Part shown: positions 49,372 to 60,287 of the stretch, piece by piece
How positions within the stretch are numbered: position 1 is the first letter of the stretch
Layout of the letters: each line of letters opens with the position of its first letter
Source of the DNA: Christensenellales bacterium
Lineage (GTDB): Bacteria; Bacillota; Clostridia; Christensenellales; SZUA-584
Direction of reading: 5' to 3'
Assembly: GCA_050943215.1 (NCBI GenBank)
Contig: JBMNOU010000003.1
Coordinates: 1,269 to 65,268 of the forward strand
DNA: 64,000 nucleotides
Made by a program: the position numbers and the translations under genes
The notes under the pieces: model-generated
Told to the model about the DNA's origin: nothing
The model's input: the letters and a program-made list of their open reading frames with translations, nothing else
Database searches by the model: none

Positions 49372-51444
49372 GTGCCGAGGAAATATCCGCTTGAAAAAAC
49401 AAGAAATATCGGTATAATGGCGCATATAGACGCGGGTAAAACCACCACGACCGAGCGCGTCCTTTTTTACACAGGAAGGACATACAAGCTCGGCGAGGTG
49501 CATGACGGTGATGCCGTGATGGACTGGATGGAACAGGAGCAGGAGCGAGGCATAACCATCACATCTGCGGCAACGTCCACCGAATGGCGAGGCTATGGGA
49601 TCAACATTATCGACACACCCGGCCACGTTGATTTTACTGTAGAGGTGGAAAGATCGCTGCGCGTGCTTGACGGCGCGGTTGCTGTTTTTTGTGCAAAAGG
49701 CGGTGTCGAGCCGCAATCTGAAATGGTTTGGCGGCAGGCGACGAAATATAAGGTTCCCTGTATCGCCTATGTCAATAAAATGGACATCATGGGTGCAGAT
49801 TTTTTAAATGTGATCGACATGATGAAACAACGGCTAAAAGCGAATCCTGTGCCGATACAGCTGCCGATAGGCAAAGAGGAAGGTTTCCGGGGTATTGTGG
49901 ATCTTATTGATATGCAGGCGATCGAGTATCTTGGCGATCTAGGCGATCTTGGAGTGAAGACTGAAAAAAAGGCTATACCGGAAGACATGAAGGATATGGC
50001 TGAGAAATATCGTGAAAAGCTAATTGAATCGGTTGCCGAGTATAACGATTTGCTTTTGGAAAAATATTTTGAAGGCAAAGAGATTGAGCGGGATGAGCTG
50101 ATTGCTGCAGTACGCGAAGCTACGATTGCTCTTGATATAGTACCGGTGACATGCGGGTCATCGTATAGAAACAAGGGTGTTCAGCCATTGCTCGACTGCA
50201 TTGTAGATTTTATGCCGTCGCCTCTTGATATTCCTCCCATAGCGGGGAAAAACACCCGAGGGGAGGATGAACTGAGAAAAGCGGACGATAGCGAGCCTTT
50301 TTCGGCGCTTGCGTTTAAGATTATGGCCGATCCTTTTGTGGGTAAGCTCGCGTTTATCAGAGTTTATTCAGGCACCCTTAAGACCGGCTCATACATTTAC
50401 AATTCAACGAAAGGCAAGCGCGAGAGGATAGGCAGGCTGCTTCAGATGTATGCCAACACGCGTGAAGAGATCGATGAAGTGCATGCAGGCGATATTGCTG
50501 CAGTCGTGGGTTTTAAGCAGATCACTACGGGTGATACGCTTTGCGACGATAAACATGCGATTTTGCTTGAAACGATGGAGTTTCCAAAGCCCGTTATTGA
50601 GGTTGCGATTGAACCGAAGACAAAAGCGGGACAGGAAAAAATGGCGATAGCACTGCAAAGATTATCCGAAGAAGACCCGACGTTTAAAACGTATACGGAT
50701 TCGGAAACAGGCCAGACGATTATTGCCGGAATGGGTGAGCTTCATCTTGAGATCATTGTGGACCGGATGATGCGCGAGTATAAAGTCGAGGCGAAAGTCG
50801 GAAAACCGCAGGTATCATATCGTGAGACAATCAGGAAAACCGTCAGCGCTACGGGCATATATAAGAAACAAACAGGAGGCAGAGGGCAGTACGGTCATGC
50901 GGTAATCGAGATAGAGCCCCTAGAGCCGGGTGCGGGATATGAGTTTGTTGACAAAATCGTCGGCGGTGTGATCCCGAAAGAGTATATACCGCATGTGGAT
51001 GCAGGTATACAGGAAGCTGCCAAAAACGGAGTGCTAGCCGGTTTTGAGGTTATGGATTTTCGGGTGAAGCTTGTAGACGGATCATATCATGAAGTGGATT
51101 CGTCCGAAATCGCGTTTAAGATTGCGGGTTCAATGGCCTTAAAAGAAGCGTTGCGAAAAGCATCCCCCGTTTTGCTTGAGCCTATTATGGCTGTCGAGGT
51201 TGTTGTTCCAGAGGATTACCTCGGCGATGTGATGGGAAACTTAAACTCCAAGAGGGGACATATCGAAGGAACGGAGCTGCGCGGTGGCGCGCAGGTGATA
51301 CATGCATCGATACCGCTTGCGGAAATGTTCGGTTATGCTACGGATTTAAGGAGCCGGACGCAGGGGAGGGGCATATTTACAATGCGGTTCTCACATTACA
51401 GCGAGGTACCCAAATCCATTGCGGAAAAGATTATAGGTTCATGA
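49372..51444 (+). CDS. fusA: Elongation factor G
   Basis: [36 protein letters not shown] precedes the GTG at 49372, just after the rpsG stop (the ORF track extends to 49345). Confidence 0.97.
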   Translation: MPRKYPLEKTRNIGIMAHIDAGKTTTTERVLFYTGRTYKLGEVHDGDAVMDWMEQEQERGITITSAATSTEWRGYGINIIDTPGHVDFTVEVERSLRVLDGAVAVFCAKGGVEPQSEMVWRQATKYKVPCIAYVNKMDIMGADFLNVIDMMKQRLKANPVPIQLPIGKEEGFRGIVDLIDMQAIEYLGDLGDLGVKTEKKAIPEDMKDMAEKYREKLIESVAEYNDLLLEKYFEGKEIERDELIAAVREATIALDIVPVTCGSSYRNKGVQPLLDCIVDFMPSPLDIPPIAGKNTRGEDELRKADDSEPFSALAFKIMADPFVGKLAFIRVYSGTLKTGSYIYNSTKGKRERIGRLLQMYANTREEIDEVHAGDIAAVVGFKQITTGDTLCDDKHAILLETMEFPKPVIEVAIEPKTKAGQEKMAIALQRLSEEDPTFKTYTDSETGQTIIAGMGELHLEIIVDRMMREYKVEAKVGKPQVSYRETIRKTVSATGIYKKQTGGRGQYGHAVIEIEPLEPGAGYEFVDKIVGGVIPKEYIPHVDAGIQEAAKNGVLAGFEVMDFRVKLVDGSYHEVDSSEIAFKIAGSMALKEALRKASPVLLEPIMAVEVVVPEDYLGDVMGNLNSKRGHIEGTELRGGAQVIHASIPLAEMFGYATDLRSRTQGRGIFTMRFSHYSEVPKSIAEKIIGS

Positions 51445-51551
51445 TTAGGCAAAAAGCACAATAATAAATGAGCAAAAAATGGTGCATGGGCACTATAATA
51501 CGCCGTTTTAAATTATAAATGATAATCAAGATTGATTAGGAGGAAAAAACA

Positions 51552-52763
51552 ATGGCAAAAGCAAAGTTTGAAAGAACCAAACCACATGTAAACATTGGTA
51601 CAATCGGTCATGTTGACCATGGAAAGACAACGCTTACGGCGGCGATAACGATGGCTCTTGCACAGGCAGGCCAAGCGAAAATTATGAAGTATGACGAAAT
51701 AGACAAAGCGCCGGAAGAAAAAGAGAGGGGCATTACGATCAACACCTCACACGTTGAGTATGAGACACAAAATCGTCACTATGCACATGTTGACTGCCCT
51801 GGCCACGCGGACTATGTTAAGAATATGATTACTGGCGCTGCGCAGATGGACGGTGCAATACTGGTTGTATCCGCTGCAGACGGCCCGATGCCTCAGACAA
51901 GAGAACATATCCTTCTTGCCAGACAGGTTAACGTTCCGAATATTGTCGTCTTCCTGAACAAAGTGGACCAGGTTGATGACGAAGAGCTTTTAGAGCTGGT
52001 TGAGATGGAAGTGAGGGATTTGCTTTCATCGTACGAATTCCCGGGCGATGATATCCCAGTGATCAGAGGTAGCGCTCTTCAAGCGATGAACGCAATGAGT
52101 GAAGGCAAGTCGGCTAAGGAAGACCCCGATTGTAAATTTATATTTGATCTGATGGAAGTTGTTGATAGTTACATTCCGACCCCTGAAAGAGATGTGGACA
52201 AGTCTTTCTTAATGCCGATAGAAGACGTATTCTCGATCACAGGCCGCGGCACAGTTGCGACGGGCAGAGTGGAAAGAGGCATGGTCAAGGTGCAGGATTC
52301 TGTTGAAATCGTTGGTATGACTGAGAAAACAAGAGAAGTTGTAGTAACGGGCGTTGAGATGTTCAGAAAACTGCTAGACCAGGCGATGGCAGGAGACAAC
52401 GTCGGGCTATTGCTGCGCGGCGTACAGAGAAATGAAATTGAACGCGGTCAGGTGCTTGCAAAAAAAGGAACGATCAAACCGCATACGCATTTCAATGGCC
52501 AAGTATACGTCTTAAAGAAGGAAGAGGGAGGACGTCATACACCGTTCTTTAACGGTTACAGACCGCAGTTCTATTTCAGAACAACTGACGTGACTGGAAG
52601 CATCACGCTTCCTGAAGGAACTGAAATGGTAATGCCCGGAGACAACATTCAGATGGAGATTAAGCTAATAACACCGATCGCTATCGAAGAAGGCCTCCGT
52701 TTCGCCATCCGTGAGGGCGGCAGAACGGTTGGTTCGGGTGTCGTTACTAGCGTTATTGAATAA
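51552..52763 (+). CDS. tuf: Elongation factor Tu
   Basis: [45 protein letters not shown]. Confidence 0.98.
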   Translation: MAKAKFERTKPHVNIGTIGHVDHGKTTLTAAITMALAQAGQAKIMKYDEIDKAPEEKERGITINTSHVEYETQNRHYAHVDCPGHADYVKNMITGAAQMDGAILVVSAADGPMPQTREHILLARQVNVPNIVVFLNKVDQVDDEELLELVEMEVRDLLSSYEFPGDDIPVIRGSALQAMNAMSEGKSAKEDPDCKFIFDLMEVVDSYIPTPERDVDKSFLMPIEDVFSITGRGTVATGRVERGMVKVQDSVEIVGMTEKTREVVVTGVEMFRKLLDQAMAGDNVGLLLRGVQRNEIERGQVLAKKGTIKPHTHFNGQVYVLKKEEGGRHTPFFNGYRPQFYFRTTDVTGSITLPEGTEMVMPGDNIQMEIKLITPIAIEEGLRFAIREGGRTVGSGVVTSVIE

Positions 52764-52774
52764 AAACTTTATAT

Positions 52775-52802
52775 AAAAAGAGAGGGTACGCCCTCTCTTT
52801 TT
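52775..52802 (+). terminator. Intrinsic terminator ending the str/tuf transcription unit
   Basis: GAGAGGG-TACG-CCCTCTC followed by TTTTT. Confidence 0.8.
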
Positions 52803-52941
52803 GTATTCTCAGGTGTTTGCCAACACTCATATCCTATTAAATGAGCGAATAATAACGAGTTGAAATACCATATATATTCATGTATACTAAATTAATATAT
52901 ATTTCTGAGAAAATATTTTTTAACATATAACGGAGGGAATA

Positions 52942-54003
52942 ATGGCAAAGAAACGAATCGGAATCCTAACAAGCGGTGGGGATTGCCCCGGACTGAACGC
53001 TGCCATTAGAGGTGTGGCAAAGGCTTCGTACCAGCTTTTTGATGATGCAGAGATCGTTGGGATTATGGATGGATATGGCGGTTTAATTAATGCACAGCAC
53101 CGGACAATGGCCAAAGAGGAGTTTTCAGGAATACTGACGCTTGGGGGGACAATACTAAGAACATCAAGGCAGAGAAGTTCAACAATGCGTGAAAACTCGG
53201 GCAAATATCTTGACACATTTAAAGCGATGGCCAAAAACTATGAAAAGATGCAGCTCGATTGTCTAATCTGCATTGGAGGAAACGGCACGCATACCGCTGC
53301 TGGTATTTTATCGCAGCAGGGGCTTAATGTTATCGGCCTTCCTAAAACTATTGACAACGATGTTTGGGATACGGAAGTCACATTCGGATACCAAAGCGCT
53401 GTTGATATAGCTACAGATGTGATCGACAGAGTACATACAACAGCTATATCGCATTCCCGCGTAATCGTTGTGGAACTAATGGGCAATACCGCCGGATGGC
53501 TGACGCTCAGTGCCGGACTTGCCGGTGGAGCAGACGTGATACTGCTTCCGGAAATACCATATAATATCAACGCTGTAGCAGACGTTATCAATGACAGGTA
53601 TGAATGCGGCAAACATTTTTCGATTATCGCCATCGCCGAGGGTGCGAGAAGCGTTCAGGATGACGAAAGTCAAGACTTAAAAGGTAAGCATTATTCGGTT
53701 GGATATAAGCTGGCAGATCAGCTTAATCAGGTTATTGATATCGACACGCGCGTGGTTGTACCCGGGCATTACCAGCGTGGCGGCGCGCCGTGTCCATATG
53801 ATCGGGTTCTCGCCACACAGATGGGTGTGCATGCTGCCAAGCTGATCGAGCAGCGGCAATTTGGAAGAACAGTATCAGTAAAAAATGGGCAGGTTACCTC
53901 TAATAAAATTAGCGACGTTGCCGGCAAGACAAAAACGATTCCGTCCGATGCTCCGTTGTTACAGGTTGGACGCGATATCGGCATCAGCTATGGTGAAGCA
54001 TAG
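52942..54003 (+). CDS. pfkA: 6-phosphofructokinase family protein (phosphoryl donor not assignable from sequence)
   Basis: IGILTSGGDCPGLNAAIRG, IGGNGT, PKTIDND, MG...G, GHYQRGG. Confidence 0.88.
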   Translation: MAKKRIGILTSGGDCPGLNAAIRGVAKASYQLFDDAEIVGIMDGYGGLINAQHRTMAKEEFSGILTLGGTILRTSRQRSSTMRENSGKYLDTFKAMAKNYEKMQLDCLICIGGNGTHTAAGILSQQGLNVIGLPKTIDNDVWDTEVTFGYQSAVDIATDVIDRVHTTAISHSRVIVVELMGNTAGWLTLSAGLAGGADVILLPEIPYNINAVADVINDRYECGKHFSIIAIAEGARSVQDDESQDLKGKHYSVGYKLADQLNQVIDIDTRVVVPGHYQRGGAPCPYDRVLATQMGVHAAKLIEQRQFGRTVSVKNGQVTSNKISDVAGKTKTIPSDAPLLQVGRDIGISYGEA

Positions 54004-54145
54004 ACTATAAAAGGCGGTTTGCATGGTGCAGGTCGCTTTTTTTATGGGCAATGCTGAGGGCAGAGAAGTTCAAGGTTCACGGTTGACACATATATTGTAA
54101 TCAACTAATATCAATATGGTATCTTTAATTTTGGGAGATTATAAC

Positions 54146-55513
54146 ATGAAAAAGGATTGTTTTGCTGTCGTATTGGCAGCAGGCGAGGGAAAACGCATGA
54201 ACTCGGCATTACCGAAGGTGATTCATCAAGTAGCCGGCAAGGCGCTAGCGGAATGGACAGTGGATGCGGCCAGTCGGGCCACCGGTATGGCGCCTGTACT
54301 TGTCGTCGGAAATGGGTCGGAAAAAGTACGGGAATATTTCGGTAACCGCGTCAGGTATGCCGTTCAGACTAAGCAGCTTGGCACAGGCCATGCAGTCATG
54401 GCGGCAAGAGACTATATCAAAGGTAACGGGTATGTCCTCATTGTGGCCGGAGACATGCCGCTAATTCGCGCAGAAACGCTTTCAAAGGTTGCAGAAAATG
54501 CTATAAACAGTAAACTTGGAGTATGTTTATTAACTGCCGCTGTGGCAGATCCATCCGGATACGGAAGAATCGTACGTGAAAAAGATGGCGGGCTGCGTAT
54601 CGTTGAGCAAAAAGACGCAACCGATCAGGAACTTAAAATAAACGAAATAAACCTATCGGTTTATTGTTTTAATATACCGCTGCTGCTTGAAGCTTTAGAT
54701 AATGTCAGCGACGATAATGCGCAGGGGGAATACTATCTAACGGATTGCGTTGAATATATCGTGAGCCATGGGCATAGGGCGGAGACGGTGTTCTGCGATG
54801 ATGCTAGTGAATGCCTCGGTGTCAACGACAGAGCTCAAATGGCGGCTGCCGCAGAGGTATTAAGACAAAGAATCAATTCTACCCTGATGCTTGGCGGTGT
54901 AACGATTATCGATCCTAAAAACACATACATCGACGCAACAGTCAGAATCGGGCAGGATGCTGTTGTCTATCCGGGTGTTGTGATAGAAGGCCATACAGTA
55001 ATCGGTAAAGATACGGTGCTTTATCCCGGTAGCCGAATCGTAAACAGCACGATCGGCAATGGCACAATGGTGCAGAATTCAGTCATTATCGAATCATCCA
55101 TTGGCGATAATAGCACAATCGGGCCGTATGCTTATTTAAGGCCGGGCAGCAACATAGGAAATGGCTGCCGCGTTGGTGATTTTGTAGAGGTTAAGAATTC
55201 TTTGATAAAGGACGGTGCAAAGGTGTCGCATTTATCGTATATTGGTGATGGAGAGATCGGCGAAAAATCAAATATCGGCTGCGGAGTCGTGTTTGTCAAC
55301 TATGACGGAATCAAAAAAAGCAAGACAACGGTTGGCAACAATGTTTTCGTAGGTTGTAACGCAAACCTTGTTGCACCGATAACGATCGAGGACGGCGCAT
55401 ATATTGCTGCGGGGTCAACGGTGACAAAGAACGTCGAAAAAGATGCGCTTTGCATTGCCAGAAGCAGACAAACTGTTATTGAAGGATGGTCAAAAAGAAG
55501 GAGAGGCGAATGA
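54146..55513 (+). CDS. glmU: Bifunctional UDP-N-acetylglucosamine diphosphorylase / glucosamine-1-phosphate N-acetyltransferase
   Basis: VVLAAGEGKRM, QLGTGHAV, EYYLTD, and C-terminal hexapeptide-repeat beta-helix. ATG at 54146 follows GGGAGA. Confidence 0.93.
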   Translation: MKKDCFAVVLAAGEGKRMNSALPKVIHQVAGKALAEWTVDAASRATGMAPVLVVGNGSEKVREYFGNRVRYAVQTKQLGTGHAVMAARDYIKGNGYVLIVAGDMPLIRAETLSKVAENAINSKLGVCLLTAAVADPSGYGRIVREKDGGLRIVEQKDATDQELKINEINLSVYCFNIPLLLEALDNVSDDNAQGEYYLTDCVEYIVSHGHRAETVFCDDASECLGVNDRAQMAAAAEVLRQRINSTLMLGGVTIIDPKNTYIDATVRIGQDAVVYPGVVIEGHTVIGKDTVLYPGSRIVNSTIGNGTMVQNSVIIESSIGDNSTIGPYAYLRPGSNIGNGCRVGDFVEVKNSLIKDGAKVSHLSYIGDGEIGEKSNIGCGVVFVNYDGIKKSKTTVGNNVFVGCNANLVAPITIEDGAYIAAGSTVTKNVEKDALCIARSRQTVIEGWSKRRRGE

Positions 55514-56220
55514 GAAAAGCTTTCTTTTTTGATCTCGACGGTACGCTGCTGCCGATGGATATGGAAATGTTCTTTCAATTGTATTTTAAGGGAGTCAGAA
55601 AGAGCGGTTTGTTCAACAGAATATCGGAAGAGCAGGGTGAGGAGATATTCAGCAAAGCGGTATATGAGATGCTGGCAAACGACGGAAGAGCACTGAACAA
55701 GGATGTTTTTTTTCAAGCGATAGAAAATGCGTCAGGCGTAAAAAGTGATCTGCTAATGCGGTATATGGACCGTTTTTATGACAACGAGTTTAAGCAGGTT
55801 AAGAAGAGTACCTGTACTAATGAAAGTGTCTGCCAGATCATTGAAGAACTAAAAAAGAAAGGTTACCGCCTAATTCTTGCGACCAACCCGGTTTTCCCTA
55901 GAAAGGCTACAGATCAAAGGATTGAGTGGGCCGGCCTTTTGCCAAAAGATTTTGAATATATTTCATATTATGATAATTCAAGCTATTGCAAGCCCAATCC
56001 AAAATATTATACCGAAATACTTCGGAATACGCGGCTTAGCGCAGACGAATGCTATATAGTGGGCAATGATGTAGCGGAAGACATGAGTGCCGTTGCGCTT
56101 GGGTTCAAGGGGTTTTTAGTGCTGGACCATGTAATCGGAGATATAAGGAAGGTGCCCCAATGCGATATGGGAGACTATTCAAAGCTGCTAGATTTAGTAA
56201 GAAATCTTCAGCCGATTTAA
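55510..56220 (+). CDS. HAD-superfamily hydrolase
   Basis: FFFDLDGTLL motif I, ATNP (motif II), GNDVAEDM (motif IV-like). ATGA overlap with the glmU stop. Confidence 0.75.
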   Translation: MRKAFFFDLDGTLLPMDMEMFFQLYFKGVRKSGLFNRISEEQGEEIFSKAVYEMLANDGRALNKDVFFQAIENASGVKSDLLMRYMDRFYDNEFKQVKKSTCTNESVCQIIEELKKKGYRLILATNPVFPRKATDQRIEWAGLLPKDFEYISYYDNSSYCKPNPKYYTEILRNTRLSADECYIVGNDVAEDMSAVALGFKGFLVLDHVIGDIRKVPQCDMGDYSKLLDLVRNLQPI

Positions 56221-56771
56221 CCGGTGAGTTTTATATTGTAGGGCTCGGCAACCCGGGCGGCCGATATGCGCATACCCGGCATAATGCGGGTTTCGACGTT
56301 GTGTCTATCCTATCGCAGCGCTATGGTATTTCTGTGCGCATTTTTGCGTATAATGCTCGGATGGGAACGGGTAACATAAAAGATAAAAAGGTTGTTTTAG
56401 CGATGCCTCAGACATATATGAACAACTCGGGAGAGAGCGTCAAGGTGATGGCCGGGGCATTACGCATTAGAAAAGGGCAGTTAATCGTCGTATATGACGA
56501 TATCGACCTTGATACAGGCACTGTGCGCATCAAAGCAAAAGGAAGTGCGGGAACGCACAAAGGCATGAAATCGATCATCTATCATCTTGGAACGGATGAT
56601 TTTATGCGCGTCAGGGTAGGTATCGGCAAACCTCAAGGGGATATTGTTGATTATGTGATCGGTGAGTATCAAGATAAACAGACTGCTTACGAAACGCTGG
56701 TAAAAGCAGCGGATGCGATCGAGACGATCATTAAAGAAGGTATTTATGAGGCGCAAAACCGCTTCAATTAG
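56160..56771 (+). CDS. pth: Peptidyl-tRNA hydrolase
   Basis: VGLGNPG..Y..TRHNAGF, MNNSG, DD.DL..G..R.K..G...GHNG-like (GTHKG). The only in-frame ATG/GTG/TTG is at 56160 (AAGGAAGG SD), giving a 61-nt overlap with the HAD gene. Confidence 0.88.
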   Translation: MRYGRLFKAARFSKKSSADLTGEFYIVGLGNPGGRYAHTRHNAGFDVVSILSQRYGISVRIFAYNARMGTGNIKDKKVVLAMPQTYMNNSGESVKVMAGALRIRKGQLIVVYDDIDLDTGTVRIKAKGSAGTHKGMKSIIYHLGTDDFMRVRVGIGKPQGDIVDYVIGEYQDKQTAYETLVKAADAIETIIKEGIYEAQNRFN

Positions 56772-56789
56772 CATACAAAGGTTTATGAC

Positions 56790-59700
56790 ATGCGGATAAC
56801 CGAACATATTGCAAAGACGGAAGAATTTGCAAAGCTGAAAGATACGATACGGGCAGGGAAAGTTCCCTGCTCGGTTTTTGGAGTTCCGGATAGTTTAAAA
56901 CCGTATCTGCCCGCCGCGATATCCGAGACATTTGCGCGTCCTGTCATTGTGGTATGCGCTTCAGAGGAAAAAGCGGAATCGTTTGCCGAGGCTGCCCCGG
57001 GTGCTGTTTATATTCCCAAAAGGCCGCTGCAGCTGCGTTCGTCAGTTGCCCGAAGCAGAGAGATGATGTTCAAACGGATAGACAGTATATCGCGGCTTGT
57101 TTCAGGCAAGACCCGCCTGGCCTTTTTGTGTGTAGAGGCGCTTGCGGCAAGGCTTGCGCCCAAAGAAGATTTCCTGGGTGCGCATATCACTATTGAAAAG
57201 GGGGGCGTTTACGACCCCGAAAAGATAATACAGCAGCTTGTGCTGATGGGTTATGAGAGAGTGGGAGCGGTGGAGACAGCCGGCCAGGCCGCAAGGCGCG
57301 GTGAGATACTCGATGTATTTTGCCCCGGAGAAATGTCACCATACCGAATCGACTTTTTTGATAACATTGTGGAGAGCATTCACGAATTTGATCCGGGCTC
57401 GCAGCGGAGAAGCAAAAGAGCCAGAAATAAAATTGTGGTAAAGCCGGCGGTAGAGCTTGTGCTCTCGGAGTCCGTTGCAAAAAAAAGTGCAGAATATTTC
57501 AAGAAAATTCATACTGACAGTCAAACACTATCGTTTAAATTTAAAGAATACGCAAGAGGTATTGGAAAAAGGCGATTTTTTGAAGACATGGAGAATTACG
57601 CATATGTTTTCTGCAGTAGCACTCTTTTTGATTACCTGCCAACAGCGTTGGTGATATTTGATGACTACAAGCGTGTCAAAGAAGACGCAAAGGAATGCAA
57701 TGAAGCATATAACCAAAGATTAAAAATACTGATTAATAATAATGAAGCCATTACTGACCAACAAGTACTTTACCATTCGTTCCCAGAGATCATAGCGCGC
57801 TCAAAAAAGCATGATGTGTTTGATTTTTGCGTAATCGACAAATCGTCGGATTTGAACCCGAAAAGTGAAATCAGAGTTCATGCGAAAAATGCGCTTTCGT
57901 ATAATAAAAAGCTTGATATACTCAGCCAGGATATAAAAACGCGGGTGAAAAACGGTTGGCGTGTCTATCTTGTCTGCGGCAATCTACAAAGGGCTGATAA
58001 GCTTTCATACGACCTAACGGAAAAGGGACTCAGCGTTCCCTGCATCAAAAGCGGACGCGATCTTTATCAGGGCGAAGTAGCCACATACCCGGACAAGCTG
58101 ATATTCGGCTTTGAATTGAGTACTCTCAAAACCTATTTTTTAGGTGAGCATGAGATATTCGGTTTTGTAAAAAAAAGAAATCGATCATCATCAAGGAAAA
58201 GGCTAGATGTTTTTGCGGATCTGAAGACCGGAGATATGATTGTTCATGACGTGCACGGCAAAGGACGCTTTTTGGGACTGGTCAAAAAAGAGGTTCAGGG
58301 TATATCGCGTGATTATATAAAGCTAGAATATCGGGACGGTGATAAGCTATTCATACCTACCGACCAGATCGACAGAGTCCAAAAATATATGGGTGGAGAA
58401 GGAGAGAGGCTCTCAAAGCTGGGCGGCAAGGAATGGGGCCAGACGAAGGCCCGGGTCAAAAAATCACTGAAAGCGCTTGCGGAAGATCTTGTTTCGATCT
58501 ATAGTGAGCGGCTCAATAAAAAAGGGTATAAATATGGTGAGGATACAATCTGGCAAAAGCAGTTTGAAGATAATTTTCCATATGAAGAGACGGAGGGGCA
58601 GATAAAGAGTAATGAAGAAATAAAAAAGGATATGCAGCAGGATAAGGTCATGGACCGCCTTTTGTTGGGAGATGTAGGGTATGGCAAAACGGAGGTCGCC
58701 ATGCGCGCGTGCTTCAAAGCTGTTATGGAAGGGCGACAATGCGCTGTGCTTGTACCGACGACATTGCTTGCGCGCCAGCATTATCACACTTTTTCGGAAC
58801 GGTTTGGCGAATTCGCCGTGCAGATAGAGACAATATCCAGGTATGTATCTGCGAGTGATCAGAAACGTATATTACAGGGCATAAAAGCGGGTACGGTAGA
58901 TGTTGTAATCGGCACGCACAGGCTGCTGTCGCGCGATGTGGTCTTTAAAGACTTAGGGCTGCTAGTTATCGACGAAGAGCATCGGTTTGGAGTATCGCAT
59001 AAGGAACGCATAAAGGATTTAAAGAGAAGCGTTGATGTACTGACATTATCCGCGACACCCATTCCAAGGACGCTGCAGATGTCACTGACGGGCATTCGTG
59101 ATATGAGCCTTATTGATACGCCGCCTGAAGACCGCAAGGCGCCCGAGAGCTATGTAATGGAGTATTCGGGTCAGCTTGTGCGCGAAGCGGTACTAAGTGA
59201 GATGGAGCGCGATGGACAAGTCTATTTTGTATGCAGGCAGATTGCTCTTATGGATAAACTGATGGGTGATCTTATAAGATACGTTCCTGAAGCGAGGGTT
59301 GCGAAAGCCCACGGACGGATGGGCGAGGCGGCTATCGAAAAAGTTATGGTAGATTTTATGGCAGGAGGTTATGATGTGCTGCTTTGTACGACCATAATTG
59401 AATCGGGGATCGATATCCCTAGCGTCAATACTGTCATCGTTTACGAGGCAGATAAATTCGGACTGGCGCAGCTTTATCAGCTTAAAGGCAGGGTTGGGCG
59501 CGCAACACAGAGTTCGTATGCATATCTTACATATCTGCCCGGTACGCATATGACCACCGAGGCTGAAAAAAGGCTGCAGACGATTGCCGAGTTTACCGAG
59601 CTGGGTGCAGGCTTTAAGGTTGCGATGAGGGATTTGGAGATCAGGGGTGCCGGCAACCTTTTAGGTCCTGAGCAATCTGGGCAGATGGCTGCTGTCGGGT

Positions 59701-60224
59701 ATGATATGTACTGCCGGCTGATGCGGGAGGCTGTAGCAGAAATAAGAGGCCAAAAGACAGAACCCATCAGTGATGCTTCGGTGGAAATAAAAATAAACGC
59801 CTATGTACCTTCCACATATATTAAAGATGAGATTCTGCGCATAGAGGCATATAAAAAGATTGCTGCCGTTGATGGAATGCAAAGCGCAAAGCAGATTAAG
59901 GAAGAGATTGCTGATAGGTACGGTGCCGTGCCAAAACCGGTAGAAAACTTAATACTGATTTCACTGATCAAAAGTTTTGCGTTAAGAGCAGGAATTGTTT
60001 CTGTAACAAGAAACGGTAGGGTTTTTACACTCAAATATGGCGAAGAGAGCCGGCTCAATGTAAACAAATTATTAAAAGTTTTGGAGCAATATAAAAATAT
60101 GGCGCAGCTAAAATCAGCGATACCTCCATATATTGTTTTTAAAGCACAAACTAATGCAATAGATGCACTGCTGAAGTTTTTAAAAGAAGCAAGGCGTTGC
60201 ATAATTCATGAGCATAAAGTATAA
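56790..60224 (+). CDS. mfd: Transcription-repair coupling factor
   Basis: UvrB-homology N-terminus, CarD/TRCF RNAP-interacting domain (GDMIVHDVHGKGRF), helicase motifs GDVGYGKTEVA / DEEHRFG / TATPIPRT, and TRG region. Confidence 0.95.
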   Translation: MRITEHIAKTEEFAKLKDTIRAGKVPCSVFGVPDSLKPYLPAAISETFARPVIVVCASEEKAESFAEAAPGAVYIPKRPLQLRSSVARSREMMFKRIDSISRLVSGKTRLAFLCVEALAARLAPKEDFLGAHITIEKGGVYDPEKIIQQLVLMGYERVGAVETAGQAARRGEILDVFCPGEMSPYRIDFFDNIVESIHEFDPGSQRRSKRARNKIVVKPAVELVLSESVAKKSAEYFKKIHTDSQTLSFKFKEYARGIGKRRFFEDMENYAYVFCSSTLFDYLPTALVIFDDYKRVKEDAKECNEAYNQRLKILINNNEAITDQQVLYHSFPEIIARSKKHDVFDFCVIDKSSDLNPKSEIRVHAKNALSYNKKLDILSQDIKTRVKNGWRVYLVCGNLQRADKLSYDLTEKGLSVPCIKSGRDLYQGEVATYPDKLIFGFELSTLKTYFLGEHEIFGFVKKRNRSSSRKRLDVFADLKTGDMIVHDVHGKGRFLGLVKKEVQGISRDYIKLEYRDGDKLFIPTDQIDRVQKYMGGEGERLSKLGGKEWGQTKARVKKSLKALAEDLVSIYSERLNKKGYKYGEDTIWQKQFEDNFPYEETEGQIKSNEEIKKDMQQDKVMDRLLLGDVGYGKTEVAMRACFKAVMEGRQCAVLVPTTLLARQHYHTFSERFGEFAVQIETISRYVSASDQKRILQGIKAGTVDVVIGTHRLLSRDVVFKDLGLLVIDEEHRFGVSHKERIKDLKRSVDVLTLSATPIPRTLQMSLTGIRDMSLIDTPPEDRKAPESYVMEYSGQLVREAVLSEMERDGQVYFVCRQIALMDKLMGDLIRYVPEARVAKAHGRMGEAAIEKVMVDFMAGGYDVLLCTTIIESGIDIPSVNTVIVYEADKFGLAQLYQLKGRVGRATQSSYAYLTYLPGTHMTTEAEKRLQTIAEFTELGAGFKVAMRDLEIRGAGNLLGPEQSGQMAAVGYDMYCRLMREAVAEIRGQKTEPISDASVEIKINAYVPSTYIKDEILRIEAYKKIAAVDGMQSAKQIKEEIADRYGAVPKPVENLILISLIKSFALRAGIVSVTRNGRVFTLKYGEESRLNVNKLLKVLEQYKNMAQLKSAIPPYIVFKAQTNAIDALLKFLKEARRCIIHEHKV

Positions 60225-60287
60225 TTGTATGTTAGTATTATTCCAAAGATGATGTCTTTATTAGGACACAGGAGGGAACGAATCTTT

